The notes beneath the pieces were generated by a model. That model did not search any database, was not told the origin of the DNA, and saw nothing but the letters and a program-made list of their open reading frames with translations. A stretch of DNA of 64,000 nucleotides from Carcharhinus longimanus (Eukaryota), in contig JASCQW010000146.1 of the NCBI GenBank assembly GCA_030264375.1, positions 39,952,659 to 40,016,658 on the forward strand, written 5' to 3'. The position numbers and the translations under genes were made by a program. This document shows, one piece after another, positions 24,204 through 38,148 of the stretch. How positions within the stretch are numbered: position 1 is the stretch's first letter; each line of letters starts with the position of its first letter.

Positions 24204-26394
24204 CTCTCAACGTCGATGTGGCAGCAAAGTGAATTCCTCTCTTTGTATCTGTCAAGAGGAGATGCAAACACTATTAACGCCAGAGAAAACAGTGAGATCG
24301 ACAGAGATACAGATAGATGGTGAGAAAAAGTTAGAGAAAGACAGAAAATATGTAAGCATACATACAGATTATTAACAGGAGCACCTAGAGTAAATGGTGT
24401 GTCGCACAACACAAAATTACATTTGGTTTTACATTATTTCTCTCTCCAAACTTAATTTCTACACGGATCTCACTGACAAATAGATAGGGCTCTGCAACCA
24501 GGTGGCAGACATTAGACAAGTAATATAACTGGAATTTACAGAAAAGATTACTTTCACAATTATAATTTAAGAGGCCACAGCAGATTTTGGTTGCAGGGTG
24601 ATGTGGGAGGAAAGTATGAATAGACCTTTTTGCTGCCACTGCCGTTCCAATGAGAGCAGTATGGGTCAAGCGATAGAGGTAGCTTTCTTTCCTGGAGATC
24701 AGTTGGGCCTGGGACTGACGTAAGGCGGGTCTGAAGGTTCTGCATGCCTCCTGTGCTCTGGATGAGCTCATNNNNNNNNNNNNNNNNNNNNNNNNNNNNN
24801 NNNNNNNNNNNNNNNNNNNNNNNNNNNNNNNNNNNNNNNNNNNNNNNNNNNNNNNNNNNNNNNNNNNNNNNTGGTTTAAAGGTTGTGTCTAAACCAGGAT
24901 TGTTTTGATGCAAGGAGGGATTGCAGAGGTTGAACTAAGGTAAGAGTGCAGTACACTAACATTTTTGATTCTCACCATCATGGGACAATTCCACAGTGGT
25001 CCAGCAATCTGCTTCGGGATGCAAGTCTGTGGAAAACAGACAGTGCATGACCAAGAGTTGTGTAAGCCCTGTATTTTCATACAGGCCCTTAATTTACTCT
25101 GGGATGCACTGCCAAAACAAATTCTCTCCCTGGAGGGACAGGACAATGAATAACATCACCCATGATTTAATTTAGCTCTGGCATAGGGAACGGAAATCCC
25201 CTGCCCTTATTTGAAGTACTGCCCATCCAGCAGTCAATAAGCTAAACAAGTCGCCCAGTCTCCGAGCTCAAAACTGAATCCCTTTGCGCTGCTGTAAACA
25301 AATAATCTCTACATCACGCTTCCTCTCTTTAACCAAGCGAGAGTTCTATTTCTAGTCACTTAACAAAAGCCCCCCCACCCATTACCCTTCTGGGGAGAAA
25401 AGAGATTAGAGCATTTATGCAACTGAACATCAGAAAAGGTCAAGATGAGAAACTAGTCTAAAGTCAATTAATGCCCTTTAAATCTATTCCCCTTAAAGTC
25501 TGCATTCCCCATCTGGCAGATCATTCAAGACTTATCACTCAGTCTGCAAAGAACTTCTGTTCTAGGATCTCTGGAAATTATTTTTTTCACATTGATGATC
25601 TTGACTTTAAACTCTTAGTCATTGTCAGGCTTTGGGCTAGTTAAATCCTTATGGTGAGTGGCACGGGTGTGTCATAGGGCATCTTTCACTGCTACACACA
25701 TTCTATTGGAGGTATTTAATACACTATCCAGACGCATACTGCGTATCCTAACCAGAGTCAGACCATCTCAGAATACAGCTTTTCAAATATCAAAGGATCT
25801 GGATAATCTCATATTTCATTCATGTAGGACCACAAGGAATACAGGAGATTTCTTTTTGCTCCAAGTTTCCAATGTGTCTACAGAGCAGTGAACAGCATGG
25901 GATTATACGTCACACCCAGATATCAAACAAAGGAATATTACAAATGAATGCTGTTCGTCTATCAATCAACTGAACTATAAGCACAACCCCAGATAATGGA
26001 GCCACTGAAATGTTTACCCTGCAAGCGAAATCCCACAAAAAAAATGGTAAAAATTGAGGAGAAAAGTAGGAGGGGGGAAAAAAAGGGGGCAGTTCAAAGA
26101 ACACAAAAACATGTGAAATAGGAACCGGCGTGGGCCATTCATTACATCTAGTCATTATTCGTAAGATTATCACTGATCTTCCAAGTTTCTGCCATTCTCC
26201 TTCACTGTCAAGGGGACTCTCCAGCTCTCACTTTCCACCCTTCCCTAGATGGAACGCAATAATAAAGTGTGAGGTGATGCATTTTGGAAGAAAATGCATA
26301 AAGATCAGTAGGATGCTAGGAAGTACAGAGGACCATAGATTCCTGAAGGCAGCAGAACAGGTAGATAAGGTGGTTAAGAAGGCATGAGATACTT

Positions 26395-26495
26395 GAAACA
26401 AAAACAGAAAATGCTGGAAAATCTCACAGGTCTGACAGAAGCTGTGGAGAGAGAAGAGAGCCAACATTTTGAATCAGGATGACCCTTTGTCAGCT
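26395..26495 (-). mobile_element. Penelope-like element terminal remnant with decayed hammerhead core
   Basis: AAAACAGAAAATGCTGGAAA..CTCACAGGTCTGACAG...GTGGAGAGAGAA; minus strand CTGACAA-AGGGTCATCCTGATT-CAAAATGTT. Confidence 0.6.
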
Positions 26496-27134
26496 TGTAA
26501 GAATTGTATATTTTTTTACTGAGGTCACATTCATTCTTCTAAATAGAATAAAATAGGAATAGAGGAAAATGGGCATTGGCTACTCGATCTCTCCTCTTTG
26601 GCCAAATCCATCACCTCAGGAACCAGTCTCATTAACTTTGCTTCTGAGGCATCTCCCAACTGTGCTACAAAAATTCCACAGATCCTCTCACAGGGGTCAT
26701 TTCTTCCATATAAAATTTTTCAGCACTTGCCATGCTACTGCTGCTATCTTGACACTGCAAACAACACTGGTTTCCACGTCCATCCTAGTCCCAATAACCC
26801 TCAATGCAAACTAAATTACGCTATGTAAGAAAGCTTTTGGTCATGTCGTCTTTGGGTTCTTCTGTCAATCACCTGAATTCCGTACCCTCTCATCCTAGAC
26901 AAGAATAGCTTCCATCTACTTTGTCTACACCCATGATTTTGAATACCTCTGTCAAATCTCACCGATGTTTTCTTCTCCAATACATCAAAGCAGTTAAAGC
27001 CTCTCATCCTTGAAACCATTTTAAGTAATCATTTCTGCACCCACAAAAGCCTTCATGTCCTTCGCACAAGTAGATACAATACTTCAGTTATAATCAAACT
27101 AATCTTCTACAACTGCTTATTTTAACTTCCTTAC

Positions 27135-27294
27135 GAAATGGGCGAAAGTTGCCTCTGGCACCATATGGCAGTGAGGTGATTCAGGGATAGACAGGTTAAA
27201 GGTATACAGCAATTCTCCAGTTAGCCCACAGGAGGGGAAACAACCAGCCCTGCAGTGTGGTGTCAGGACACTTTGGGGGAAGTGGGGCTGGAAC
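27135..27294 (-). other. Candidate non-coding/alternative 5'-UTR exon of THRAP3
   Basis: Minus strand shows branch-point-like CACTAAT, pyrimidine tract ctcctctgctttctcct and CAG|G, then TTC|GTAAGG 160 nt later, in an apparently non-repetitive island. Splice-signal inference only. Confidence 0.3.
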
Positions 27295-27629
27295 CTGAGG
27301 AGAAAGCAGAGGAGTTCTGACATTAGTGACAAATGAGCCCGTTTTCTTCATTCTGCGTAAGCAGCGCCTTGGCCATGACATCAGCTGCCACCGTCAGTTC
27401 ACAGGCATTCACAAGTGGACAAATAGAGGTATCAGTTTGGGCCCGAGTCTCCAGTTTACTCAGCACAATCCCACATTACACAACGGTGTGTTTTCTTTTA
27501 TGAAATCCTGGAGGTTATTTATTGTAAATCCCCTCAACTTCCTTGTCGACTCTTAGACAGCCAAGGCCAACTAGTGATTTAGTGAACTTTTGTTACACAT
27601 CTAAGTATACCCATCCTTTAGCAGGGAAA

Positions 27630-28010
27630 CAAAACTGTATACAGTACTCCAGGTGAGGTGCCAGTAATGCCCTACATAACTGCAGTAACACCTTTCCATT
27701 CTTATACTCCAGTCCTTTTGTCATAGACCCTAATATACCATTTGCTTTAATTGTTTTCTGCATCTGCATGTTAACTTTGTGATTCACGTGCATCATCCAG
27801 GCCCTTCTAAATGCCAGCATATCCCAGTCTCTCACCATTTTAAAAAAACCTGCACTTCCATTTCATCTAGGAGAGGGGATAACTTCATATTTCTCTACAT
27901 TGTATTCCAGCTGCCATGTTCTTGTCTACTCCCTCAACTTTTCTTTAATCCCTTTGCAGCCTCCTTGCAACTTATGCTTCCACCTAACATTGTATTATCA
28001 GCAAATCTGA
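27630..28010 (-). mobile_element. CR1 LINE RT fragment
   Basis: ORF remnants RFADNTMLGG and KANGILG...GLEYK...LLQLCRALLAPHLEYCIQF. Confidence 0.8.
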
Positions 28011-28429
28011 CTGTAGTAGAGAGAAGTGAAATAGAAGCAGAGAGGAAATGAATGAATGGATGACACTGAACAGAATCAGGCAGTAAAACGAACTGACTGG
28101 AGCTGAGGCAGACCCAAGATCGATGTACTTTGTCCTTTCCCTTGTCCCACACATTGCCATCAGTATATCAGTGAAATGATTTCACTAGACCATATTTAAC
28201 AAAAAACATCAAATCCCAGCATCAGCTTGGTGTGAACTGGGGAAATTAGGGCGAGTAATAAATTGTGCCAGTGACAATTAGCACCTGACTGGCACAATTT
28301 CAGTTTCTTTGCCCAAAAAACAAAGCCCCTCCATGAGCCCTTTCTGGGCTGGTATTAAGGTTGCACAGTGATGATTAGACATGGCCTAAGTTCTTGCCCT
28401 GGTAGTTTCAAACAATGCACAGGATCCAT

Positions 28430-29400
28430 ATAAAAACATAAGTAGAAGTAGACTAGATGAGCCCTAAGGTCTGCTCCAACTTAAAACATAATTTTAAGGT
28501 GATCTTCAAATTTAACTCCATTTCAATTCCCCCAATCCCTCAATTCTCTCAGTCTATCAATTTGACTCTTGGATATTCTTAATCAGGGGTCTCCAAACTA
28601 CAGCCCATTGGCCGCATCCGGATCAGAATTTGGAGACCACTGTTCTAAATGAATGAGCAGCCACGGGACCTTGGGGCAGAGAATTTGAAAGATTCACAAC
28701 CCTGAGTGAAGTCATTTCTCATGTCAGACCAAAATGATCCTGAGACTATTTCCACTAGTACTTGAAACTCCATCTCGGGCTAACAGCCTCATTATCAATC
28801 CTGTCATGCCCTCTCATAATCTTACATGCTTCAAGATGACGCCTCTCATTCTTGTAAACCCCAGAGAACATAGACGCAATTCCATTCAATCATCTCAATG
28901 GATAACCCTCCATGCTAGGAATCAATGACCATCCCACATGGCACACCCTCCAGAGTGAAAATATGTTCTTCTAGGTACAGAGACTCAAACTAGACACGGA
29001 ATATGTTTTCAACAAAGCCCTGTAAATTGCAGCAAGACTTCCTGACTCTTGTAATCCAAAATTGTACAAACAAGAAAAAAGATACCATTTGCCTTCCTAA
29101 TTGCTTCTGAACTGGAATTTGAACTTTGCTTCATGTACAAGCCACCCAAATCCATCTGAACACCAATAGTTTCCTCACCATTTAAAAATGAATCTTATTT
29201 CTATTTTTCCTATCGAAGTAAATAAGCTCCTATTTTCACATATTGGACTCCATCTAACACCATCTTGCCTGCTCACTTACCCTATTAATATATCTTCTGC
29301 AGATCCTGCATTCCTCAGAGCTTACTTTACCACCTAGCTTTATGTCAGCAGCAACCTTGGATATATTACATTTGGTCCCTTCATCTGAGTTATTAATAAA
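28430..29400 (-). mobile_element. CR1 LINE 3' fragment hosting a small hAT MITE
   Basis: CR1-type 3' sequence (GGGCAGAGAATT...GATTCACAACCCTGAGTGAAG) through the RT motif region (TGTCAGCAGCAACCTTGG). Confidence 0.7.
28584..28642. mobile_element. 59-bp non-autonomous hAT (Charlie-like) MITE
   Basis: TIRs CAGGGGTCTCCAAACT / AATTTGGAGACCACTG; 8-bp flanks TTCTTAAT (28576-28583) and TTCTAAAT (28643-28650). Confidence 0.85.
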
Positions 29401-29803
29401 CTATACATTATTAAGATGTGGTAAAAACACCAGTTAAGTTTTACAGGACAGACACATTCCTCCTCCTCCTCCCCCCACCCCCACACAAAACCTTTCCAAT
29501 CCCTGTAACAAAGACAACTGCAACTTGCAAGATAAGCAGGAACACTTCCTGCAAAGGTACAGAGCCAGGCTGATTGCCCTCCAAGAGCAACATTTTACTG
29601 ACTTGTTTAATAGGAATATCCTAGATGAGTAATTCTTGAAAACATCAGTGCCAGTTTGGCTGGGCCAAAAGCATCCTTGCCTCAAAGTTAGAAGCTACAA
29701 ATGCAAGCCCCATTTCAGACCTAGGCTATACTTGAAGTGCAATCATTGTTGCAATGTAAACTAGCAACAGCCAATTCCTACCCTATAAAGGTGCCAGAAC
29801 ACA

Positions 29804-30095
29804 GGCGGCATGGTGGTTAGCACTGCTGCCTCACAGCGCCGGGTACCCAGGTTCACCTCCAGCCTCAGGTCACAGTGTGGAGTTTCATGTTCTCCCCGTG
29901 TCTGCGTGGATTTCCTCTGGGTGCTCCGGTTTCCTCCCATTGTCCAAATCTGTACAGGTTAGGTTGACTGGCCATGCTAAATTGGCCCTGTTGGGGGATT
30001 AGCAGGGTAAATGCTTGGGGCTGCGGGAATAGGGTCTGTGGTCATTAAACACTCAATGGGCCAAATGGTCTCCTTCTGTGCTGTAGAGATTCTAT
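29804..30095 (+). mobile_element. HE1-like V-SINE
   Basis: GGTTAGCACTGCTGCCTCACAGCGCC head, V core, CR1-like tail ending GATTCTAT. Confidence 0.9.
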
Positions 30096-33000
30096 CATTG
30101 TAACAACTAATGAGATAAATGACCACAGAATCTGCCATTTGCAGTATGCATCAGTGGGGTGGCCATATTTCAGCCTGTTTATTCATTTGGTATTAGAGGC
30201 TCCCCAGACTACCAGATGAGTAGCAAGTGGTTCTGAAGGGTAACTCTGTGCCCAGCAGGGTGCTATGCTTGCCAGCTGGGGAATTGGATCTTTAAGATAT
30301 CACTGAATGATACCTCTGGTGTTCCAGCTAATAGCCCTTCTTGAGCGAGCACCACGGAAAACCAGTCTGTCTGCTCATTTAGCTGGTCTGCTGTTTCTGG
30401 GACCTTGCTGTGTGCAAACTGACATTACAATATTTCAAGAATAATTTAGTAGACGTGAAGCACTTTGTGACGTTCTGAAGATGTGATAACGATGTTTATG
30501 TGTTGTTGTCAAAAGTATTTTAAAATTGAATCGTCAGTAAAGACAATTCAATATTTAATCCTTTAATTGTGCAAATTAGAACTATTCTTTTACCTTGAAA
30601 TGACAGTGTGAAGTTTAAAAAGAAAGCCTTGCATTTATATAGCACCTTTCATGACTTTAGGGCACTCTCAAAACACTTTATAGTCAGTGAAGCACTTTTG
30701 AAGTGCAATTATTGTTGCAATGCAGGAAATCTAGTCAGCCTGGAATAAATTCCTTTGACAGACATCTGTACCTGATGTTCAACCATTTACATTAAACAGG
30801 TCAATCAACACTTGTCTTAAAATTATGGAACTGTCATTCATCACAAACACTAAGGGTTCATGTGAAAACCTCTTTAGGCTGATGTTTCAAGGACTTTATG
30901 TTTCTGTAAGAGATTAACATGTGCGTTTCATTTTTTTTTTAAGTGGGTACAAGTGATAAAATCAGAGGTGAAGATGGGTGGGTCAGATGCAGATACAGAA
31001 CCTGGAGGGTGAAGATGGCATTAAACCCATGAGCAAAAATGGGTTCAAAAGACATTTAAATCAGAAGGGAAGGACTGGAAAGCAGGCTGACAAGTTGGAA
31101 TTGAATTGAAGAAACATGGCCTTGTAGTTACTTCAGGCAAAGCAATTAGAAAAAAGTTTAGTCTAGGTGCAGGGTTCTGTAAACAGTAAGCTGGTTGTTT
31201 AGTTCCACTGTATCAACCTCGTGGCACAATTATGGCTTTTTTGCATTGCAAGTGAAGGAGGAGGAACAGGAATTGGTGGAATTCTCTGAAAATACAATTG
31301 GAAAGTCCAGGCCTATTGTGAGCTGATATTTCATAGAAAAAAGTTGATGGTTTTGTGTAAAATAATTGATTAATACCAAAAGGAGCAGAAAAAGGTACAG
31401 TGAGAAGGAAGGTGATCAACACTAGTCTGCACTAAATTTGGGGTCAAAATTCCAATGACTCTTTCAATAAAGGAGCTAATATCGTTTATTAAGTGGCATT
31501 ATTCCAACTGCCACGGGGGCTGAAATATACTGTCTTTTCAGAACTCACATTTATATTGCACGCTAACTTCTAAGCTGTCTCAAAGCACTTCACAGACAAT
31601 TGATTCCTTGTGGAACAGAAGACATGATTTACAAACAAATGCAGTAGCAACTTTACACAAGTCCCAAACCAATGACACCCAAGAGTTTCTGTGCTGGTGG
31701 TGTGTTTGGAGATAAAATTTGACCTGGACACAGGAAGAACGTCACTGCTCTTCAGATAGTGGCACCTCCAAATGTGTAGCACCCACTCAGTCCTGCACTA
31801 GAACCGAGAACTTTGTGCTCAAGTATCAGCCTGAGCCCTAGGTTGTACAACCAGAGATTACAGACACAGACAGAGACGGGGGCTGAAGGGATTTAAACAT
31901 GGGTAAGAATTTTAAAATCCAGGTGTTCCTAAACCAGGAGTCAATATAGTTCAGTGAGCGCAAGGGTGATGGGTGAGCAGCTCAATCGAAAATGACATTC
32001 CTTAGGTACTGCAGTAGATTACCAACCAAGAGTGTGCACTCAGGTCTTTTACTGCAGCTTGAATCTACAACCTGCTGACTCAGATAAGTGTGTGCTACCA
32101 CTGAGCCAAGGTTGGCTTGATGAAACCCTACAGCAGTGTGATATAAATAAAATGCTTCAATTCCACCTAGCACCTGGCAAACATCCCCATGGCTGAGGCA
32201 GTAAACATTAAGTGGAGGACACATTTATCATTTAGTTACAAGACTGCCACTTAAAACAAACTTCAACCTCTTCGCTCCACTCCTCTGATCAGTTTTTAGA
32301 TTTTTAAGTGGTGAATGTTGAACTAAGAGATGCTGGGCTGGGGGAAGGTGGCTGGGTGAGAGTACGGGATGGCTTACTGAGCAGGACAGAACAGAGTCAT
32401 TGGTCAGAAAAGTACACTGTTAAAATTAGACAATAAATCTATCCCCACCATTGAGCTGACAACTATCAGTTCTGCTGCTGATTCAGCTGTTTCTTGCTGT
32501 CTAGTGTCTTGGCTGTTCTTTTCAGCCAATTCCGCAACTGTATCAGCACAAGCATAATGGAAAAGGTAACTGCACAAGACAAAAAGTGGAATGTTAATTT
32601 TCCTAAAATGAAAAAGTAAAGCATACTGATTTGATAAGTGGGATTTCCCCTTTAAAGACAGTTTTGTTTGTAGATAGGACTTCATGGCAATGCAGCCAGT
32701 TGCCCAAGTTGTCAGTGAATGCAGACCATGAGTTTTAGTTCTGTTTATGTTAGCTGCTTATTGACTAGGAACGAATTTGCCATGGTGACATGTCCAAGCA
32801 GCATGATCCATCACAACAGGATCTAAATGTCAGGCAGATGCTGGAATTATCTCCACATTTGTTGATCATTAATAAAGAGACAGGCTGCGCTGCCAAACTC
32901 AGGAATGGCAGTACAGCATACAAGAGACACCAGGGAAGTGGGGCGGGGGTGGAGGGAGTCCGTGCACGTGAAAGCTTCAAAAATTACCATCTAAAGTAGG

Positions 33001-33849
33001 GAACTTAACATTTATATAGCACCCTTCATATCCTTCGAACATCCCAGAGTGTCTTACAGCTCTTAACTATTACTGAAGAGCAGTCACTGCTGTTTCGCTG
33101 GCAAACACATCTATCCAGATACACACAGCAAAGCTCTACAAATAACGAGACAAATGACCGATCTTTGATCATGTTGGTGGGGCAAGGAATGTCAGCCACG
33201 AGACAAGGAAAATTCCCATGCTCCTTTCTTGTTGAACACTACTTATGTGATCTTACACAACTATCTGAACAGTGGCAGATGGTACCATGATTTATCCAAA
33301 AACAGCATTTCAGAACATGATACTATATGGAAGTATCTGCTTAGATTAGGTATTCAATGTTTCCAGTGCCTCCATTTCAAAGCAATTCTCACTTAGTCTC
33401 AAATAGCCAGTTCCCACCTGAGCAGCGGTTTCAGTAACATTTCCCCACCAAATCCCTGCCACTATCCAGTGTCCCAAGACTCCCACACTCCATCCCAATA
33501 AGCTTGCTATCTTTGATATTGTTCTGGCCATGATCCCAATTCTGTAGCACAGGGCACTCATGGCCAAATCCCCTCCTTAATCTGGAGGCGGAATAATTTA
33601 ACAATACATCCCATCACAGATCTTTCTTTTCACTTTAACCCTGCAACTGTGAAGTGAAATAGACTGCTCTCCCTTTCACACACTCTGTGGATGCTGACTT
33701 CTCCCTCCCCACCATTTCTACAGCTCTAGGAGTTATCTGGACAACATTCAACTAATTCACTTAAGCAACGCAGACATCATGGAAGATCCCTATATGCGTT
33801 AAGTGGATTTTATAAAGGGTATCAAACTGCTGAAAGGCAACTTTAAACT

Positions 33850-34380
33850 CAGAGTCATAGAGGTTTACAGCATGGAAACAAGCCCTTTGACCCAACTTGT
33901 CCATGCCACCTTTTTTTTTAAACCCCTAAGTTGGTCCCAATTGCCCACATTTGGCCCATATCCCTCTATACCCATTTCACCCAAGTAACTGTCTAAACAC
34001 TTATGATAAATTTGTACCTGCCTCCAATACTAGCTCTGACAGCTTGTTCCACACACTCATCACTCTGTGTGAGGAAAAAATTGCCCCTCTGGACCCTTTT
34101 GTATTTCTCCCCTCTCACCTGAAACCTATGCCTTCTAGTTTTAGACTCCTCTACCTTTGGGAAAGATACTGACCAATTAGCTGATCTATGCCCCTCGTTA
34201 TTTTATAGACCTCTATAAGATAAACCCTCAGCCTTCTAGGCCCCAGAGAAAAAAGTCCCAGTCTATCCAGCCTCTCCTTGTAACTCAAATCAAGTCCTGC
34301 TAGCATCCTAGTAAATCATTTCTGCATTCTTTCTAGTTTAATAATATACTTTCTATAATAGGGTGACCAGAACTGTACAT
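33850..34380 (-). mobile_element. CR1 LINE 3' fragment (relatively young)
   Basis: AGAGTCATAGAG...ACAGCATGGAAACA tail; TATAGACCTCTATAAGAT...AGAGAAAAAAGTCCCAG is the reverse complement of GLFSL...L.EVYK. Confidence 0.85.
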
Positions 34381-37300
34381 AAATCTGTACATGATCTGTA
34401 CATAGGCAGAATGCAATTCAGAGATGTTACATACAATGTGGCTTTTGCGTTTCATTCCTATGCTGAAAATAAGAGAAGTATTACAAAAATTACGCAGAGT
34501 TTCAGTTGAGAAGCTTTGAATAAAAGATGGAATAAAATTTAAGAGGACTAAATTACAAGTTGCAAAGAATGGTTAGTATATGATGAGGCTTAAAGGATCG
34601 AGGGGTGATCCAATCAAGTTGTTTGAAACATTTACAGGATTTGATAGCGTAAAAATGGGAACTAATTCTTCTGGCAGATCAATAAACAAGGGATACAATC
34701 CTAAAATCATCGGTGGGACAGTCACAATCAAAATCACAATTATAGAAGCTTAGAGCCCTAAAAGGAGACCATTCTGAAATAATTATTGTACTTTGCCCTA
34801 CATCACCATTTTTTGTTTGAAACTCTCAAGTTTTCATCTTCAAGCACCTACCTGGCCAAGTTCCTTTAAAATTTTAAAATTCACCATCAGCTTTTCAGGT
34901 AGTTTGCTCCTGTTCCTGACAGCTTCGAAAACAAAATTCTCATCTCACCGTCAGGTAGTTTGTGATGATTTGAAATCCATAACGGCTGGTTAGTAATCTA
35001 TTCATCAGAAGGAAAAGCATTACGCTGTCTGCTCTATTAAAGTCTCTCCACCTCCAAGACCTCTATGACATCACCTCTTAACCTGTTCCGTTCCAAAGAA
35101 AACAGTTCTAACTTTTCCAACTTCTCATAACTGAAGTTTCTCAGCACTGGTAACATCCTGATAAGCTACCCCTTCTACATGTTCCACGACCTTTATCTCT
35201 TTCCTAAATTGCTCTGAATGGTCTGCAACACTCCACCAGATACCTAATCAGTGATTTGTCTAGTTAGGGCATGAGCTTTTTCTTTCATATTGTGTGCATT
35301 TGTTTCTAAATTCAAATAGCCCAAATGCTTTTTTATAACCATCTTATTAACTTGCTCTGCTGCCTTTTATTTTTGAGCACATGTACACCAAGGTCACTTA
35401 GGTCATCAAAATCCTGCCATTTGGGAGCATATTGCCATTAGTCCGATCAAAAGTGCATCACTTCAAACATTTTCATAACAAACTCCACTAAAGTACACTG
35501 GTAAATTTCATATCACTTGTAAACTTTATAATGACGTTCCCTATACTGGCCTCAGTTGTTTATAAAGTTTGAAGAGTAAGGGGCGCCTAAAGATGATGAT
35601 TCGGGAACATCACTGCAAGCTTCTCTCAGTCTGAAAAATATCCACTACCACCACCCTTCCACCCTTTGCTCTGGTCACTGAGCCAATTCTACATGCACAC
35701 TGCCACTGCCTCAATTCCACAGGCTTCCATTTTCTCAACAAGTCTTCTGTGTCACTTCCTTAAAATCCATATACAGTACGCTACTGTACTACCTTAATTA
35801 AAGTGTTCAATCAAGATAGTCAGGCACAATTCCAAAATGAAACTTTATTTTGTCTGGGAGAATGATTTGCTACCACAAATGTTAGGCTTACATCTTACCC
35901 CATGGACAACATGCCAGAGGTCACCCTGCTTGGATGAGAACAGCTCCAACAACATATCATTCAGGAGGATGTACTCAGTTTGACCTGCATCCATCCACCA
36001 ACTTAAACTTTCAACCCCTCTACCACTGATGCATCATGGTAGCAAGGTATATTTTGTATACAATGCACTGCAATAATTCACCAAGCGTCCTTTCACAGCC
36101 ACAATCTCCACCTCCTAGAAGGACTGTAGGGGATGCATGGGAACACCCACCAACCAGCTATTTCAATCTACCTGTGCTCAGTCCGGGTGAAATGAGCTTA
36201 CCCCAGTTGAGTATTTTAGGCTTTGATATTTCAGGTCTCTGCAGGTAGTCACTGCTAGCGAGATGATCACCTATTATAACACACTCCACTTGCCTTACTT
36301 CATTTCCCACCACCAGATCAGATACTGCTTCCTTCCTTGTTAAACTGGGAACGTATTGATCGAGAAAGTTCTCCTGTTTGTGTCAGAAATTCCTTTTCTC
36401 TACCCTTACCAATAATTATTTCCCCTAAAAAGACTGGAAAACAATCAGAAAAAAATTGCTTTACAGAAAAGATAATGAAAATCTGTTGATCTACCAGCTC
36501 ACTGGTGAAAAGACAACGCATACTGGCACAACTGGACTGAAGACAGACAGATTTTTGAGAGTTGTCAAGGCACATGGAGTAGTGGCAGGTAAATGGAGTT
36601 GAGTGAAAATCAACAATAGTCTAACTGAATGTAGGTAAAGGTGTTATGGAGAAAGTGCTGGAGTAAGGCATCGAGGGGGATTCAGCCATGATCATACTGA
36701 ATGGCAGAGCAGGCTTGAAGGGCTGAGTGGCTCACTGCTGCTCCCATTTTCTATGCTTTTGTATAGCTTATGGGGCTAAATGGTCTTCCTCTGTTTCTAC
36801 AACAGGGAGTAGTGATTACCTGGTACCAAGATTGCAGAGGTCTTTAACTGGAGTTTTGGCAGCGGCGGCGTTCATAGGATTCAAAGTATGACATGCAATT
36901 CCCAAATTCTAAGAAATCAAAATCTAGAATTCTGGTACAGCATTGCACACCCCATTGAAAAGAACCCTGGCCCAGCCTATAATCTCCACAAATGAGTATT
37001 CACACCCCAAACACTGCTATTTTGGCAGGCTGTGTATTTTGATAATTTAACTGTATTATTACAGGTCATTCCGGGCCTTAGATTCCTGCCAAGTGAAGTC
37101 TGGGATTGATTAGCGGCACTGAGGCACACAATTTCCATGAATATTCCCTGTATTCCAAGTTTCTGACCTAAGAAATTGCTACATTGGCAGGCTGGCCCAT
37201 GTTTACCCCAGGAAGTTGGATTTAACTAATGCAATAACAATCCTCCCTTGCAGTCTAACAACCAGCCACTGTGCAACTGCCTCTCTTTCTCTCGCACCAG

Positions 37301-38148
37301 ATGCAAGGGAAGCCACTGAGCAGCGACTATGGTAGATCACACAGTGAAGTTCTGTACAGAAAACTGAGACACAGTCGCACACTAAAGCTGGTCTTACTCC
37401 TGACTCTGTTTCTGCAGCAACCTACAACATGAGTCTCTGCAGGCTGCTTCCTCTAGGGAATATACTGTGGGTATCTGAATGTGACAATCTCTAATGAAAA
37501 AACATGCGTGTTTGATGTTAGAGAGCATTATATGTAATTGACACAATTATTTAAGAAACCAAGGTCTCTGGAGGAGGAGAGAAAAAAGATTGGAATGAAG
37601 CACGAGATAAAACAAGTTATATAAATTAGCTGACCAATAACTTGAGTTTCAGAAGCCTGTCCATCAGGAGGGGCTCATGCTATACAGCTTTTTGAGGTGC
37701 ACAGGAGGAACATATATAAACTTCTTGTTACTTGTATACAGCTCAATAAAGGTTTTAGTTCTTTTAGTCCTTAGCTAACTTGGTCACAGCAAAATGATTA
37801 CACTGATACAAAGAGATCTTGGTCATTTATGTGCCAATGAGGTTACAGCACTAGAAACAACCCTTTCCAAATTTCCAACTGTAAAAAATTTGACATTTAA
37901 GCTTTCAGTTACAAACCAATTTCACTTTTTTCAGGTGTTATAAGCAGGATGTCTCCCATCAGGAGCCAGCAAAATGTAGCTTACCAGGTTATGTTTCAAT
38001 CAATTCAGAACTGGTGTCAGCTGATAGTACAGGCGGACATTCTAGAGCAGTAAGGACGGAATGCTGTAGTGTCAAAGGTGCCGCTTTTCAAATAAGATGT
38101 TAAACAGGAGCCCCATCTACTCTCTCAAATAGAAATAAAAGATCCCAT

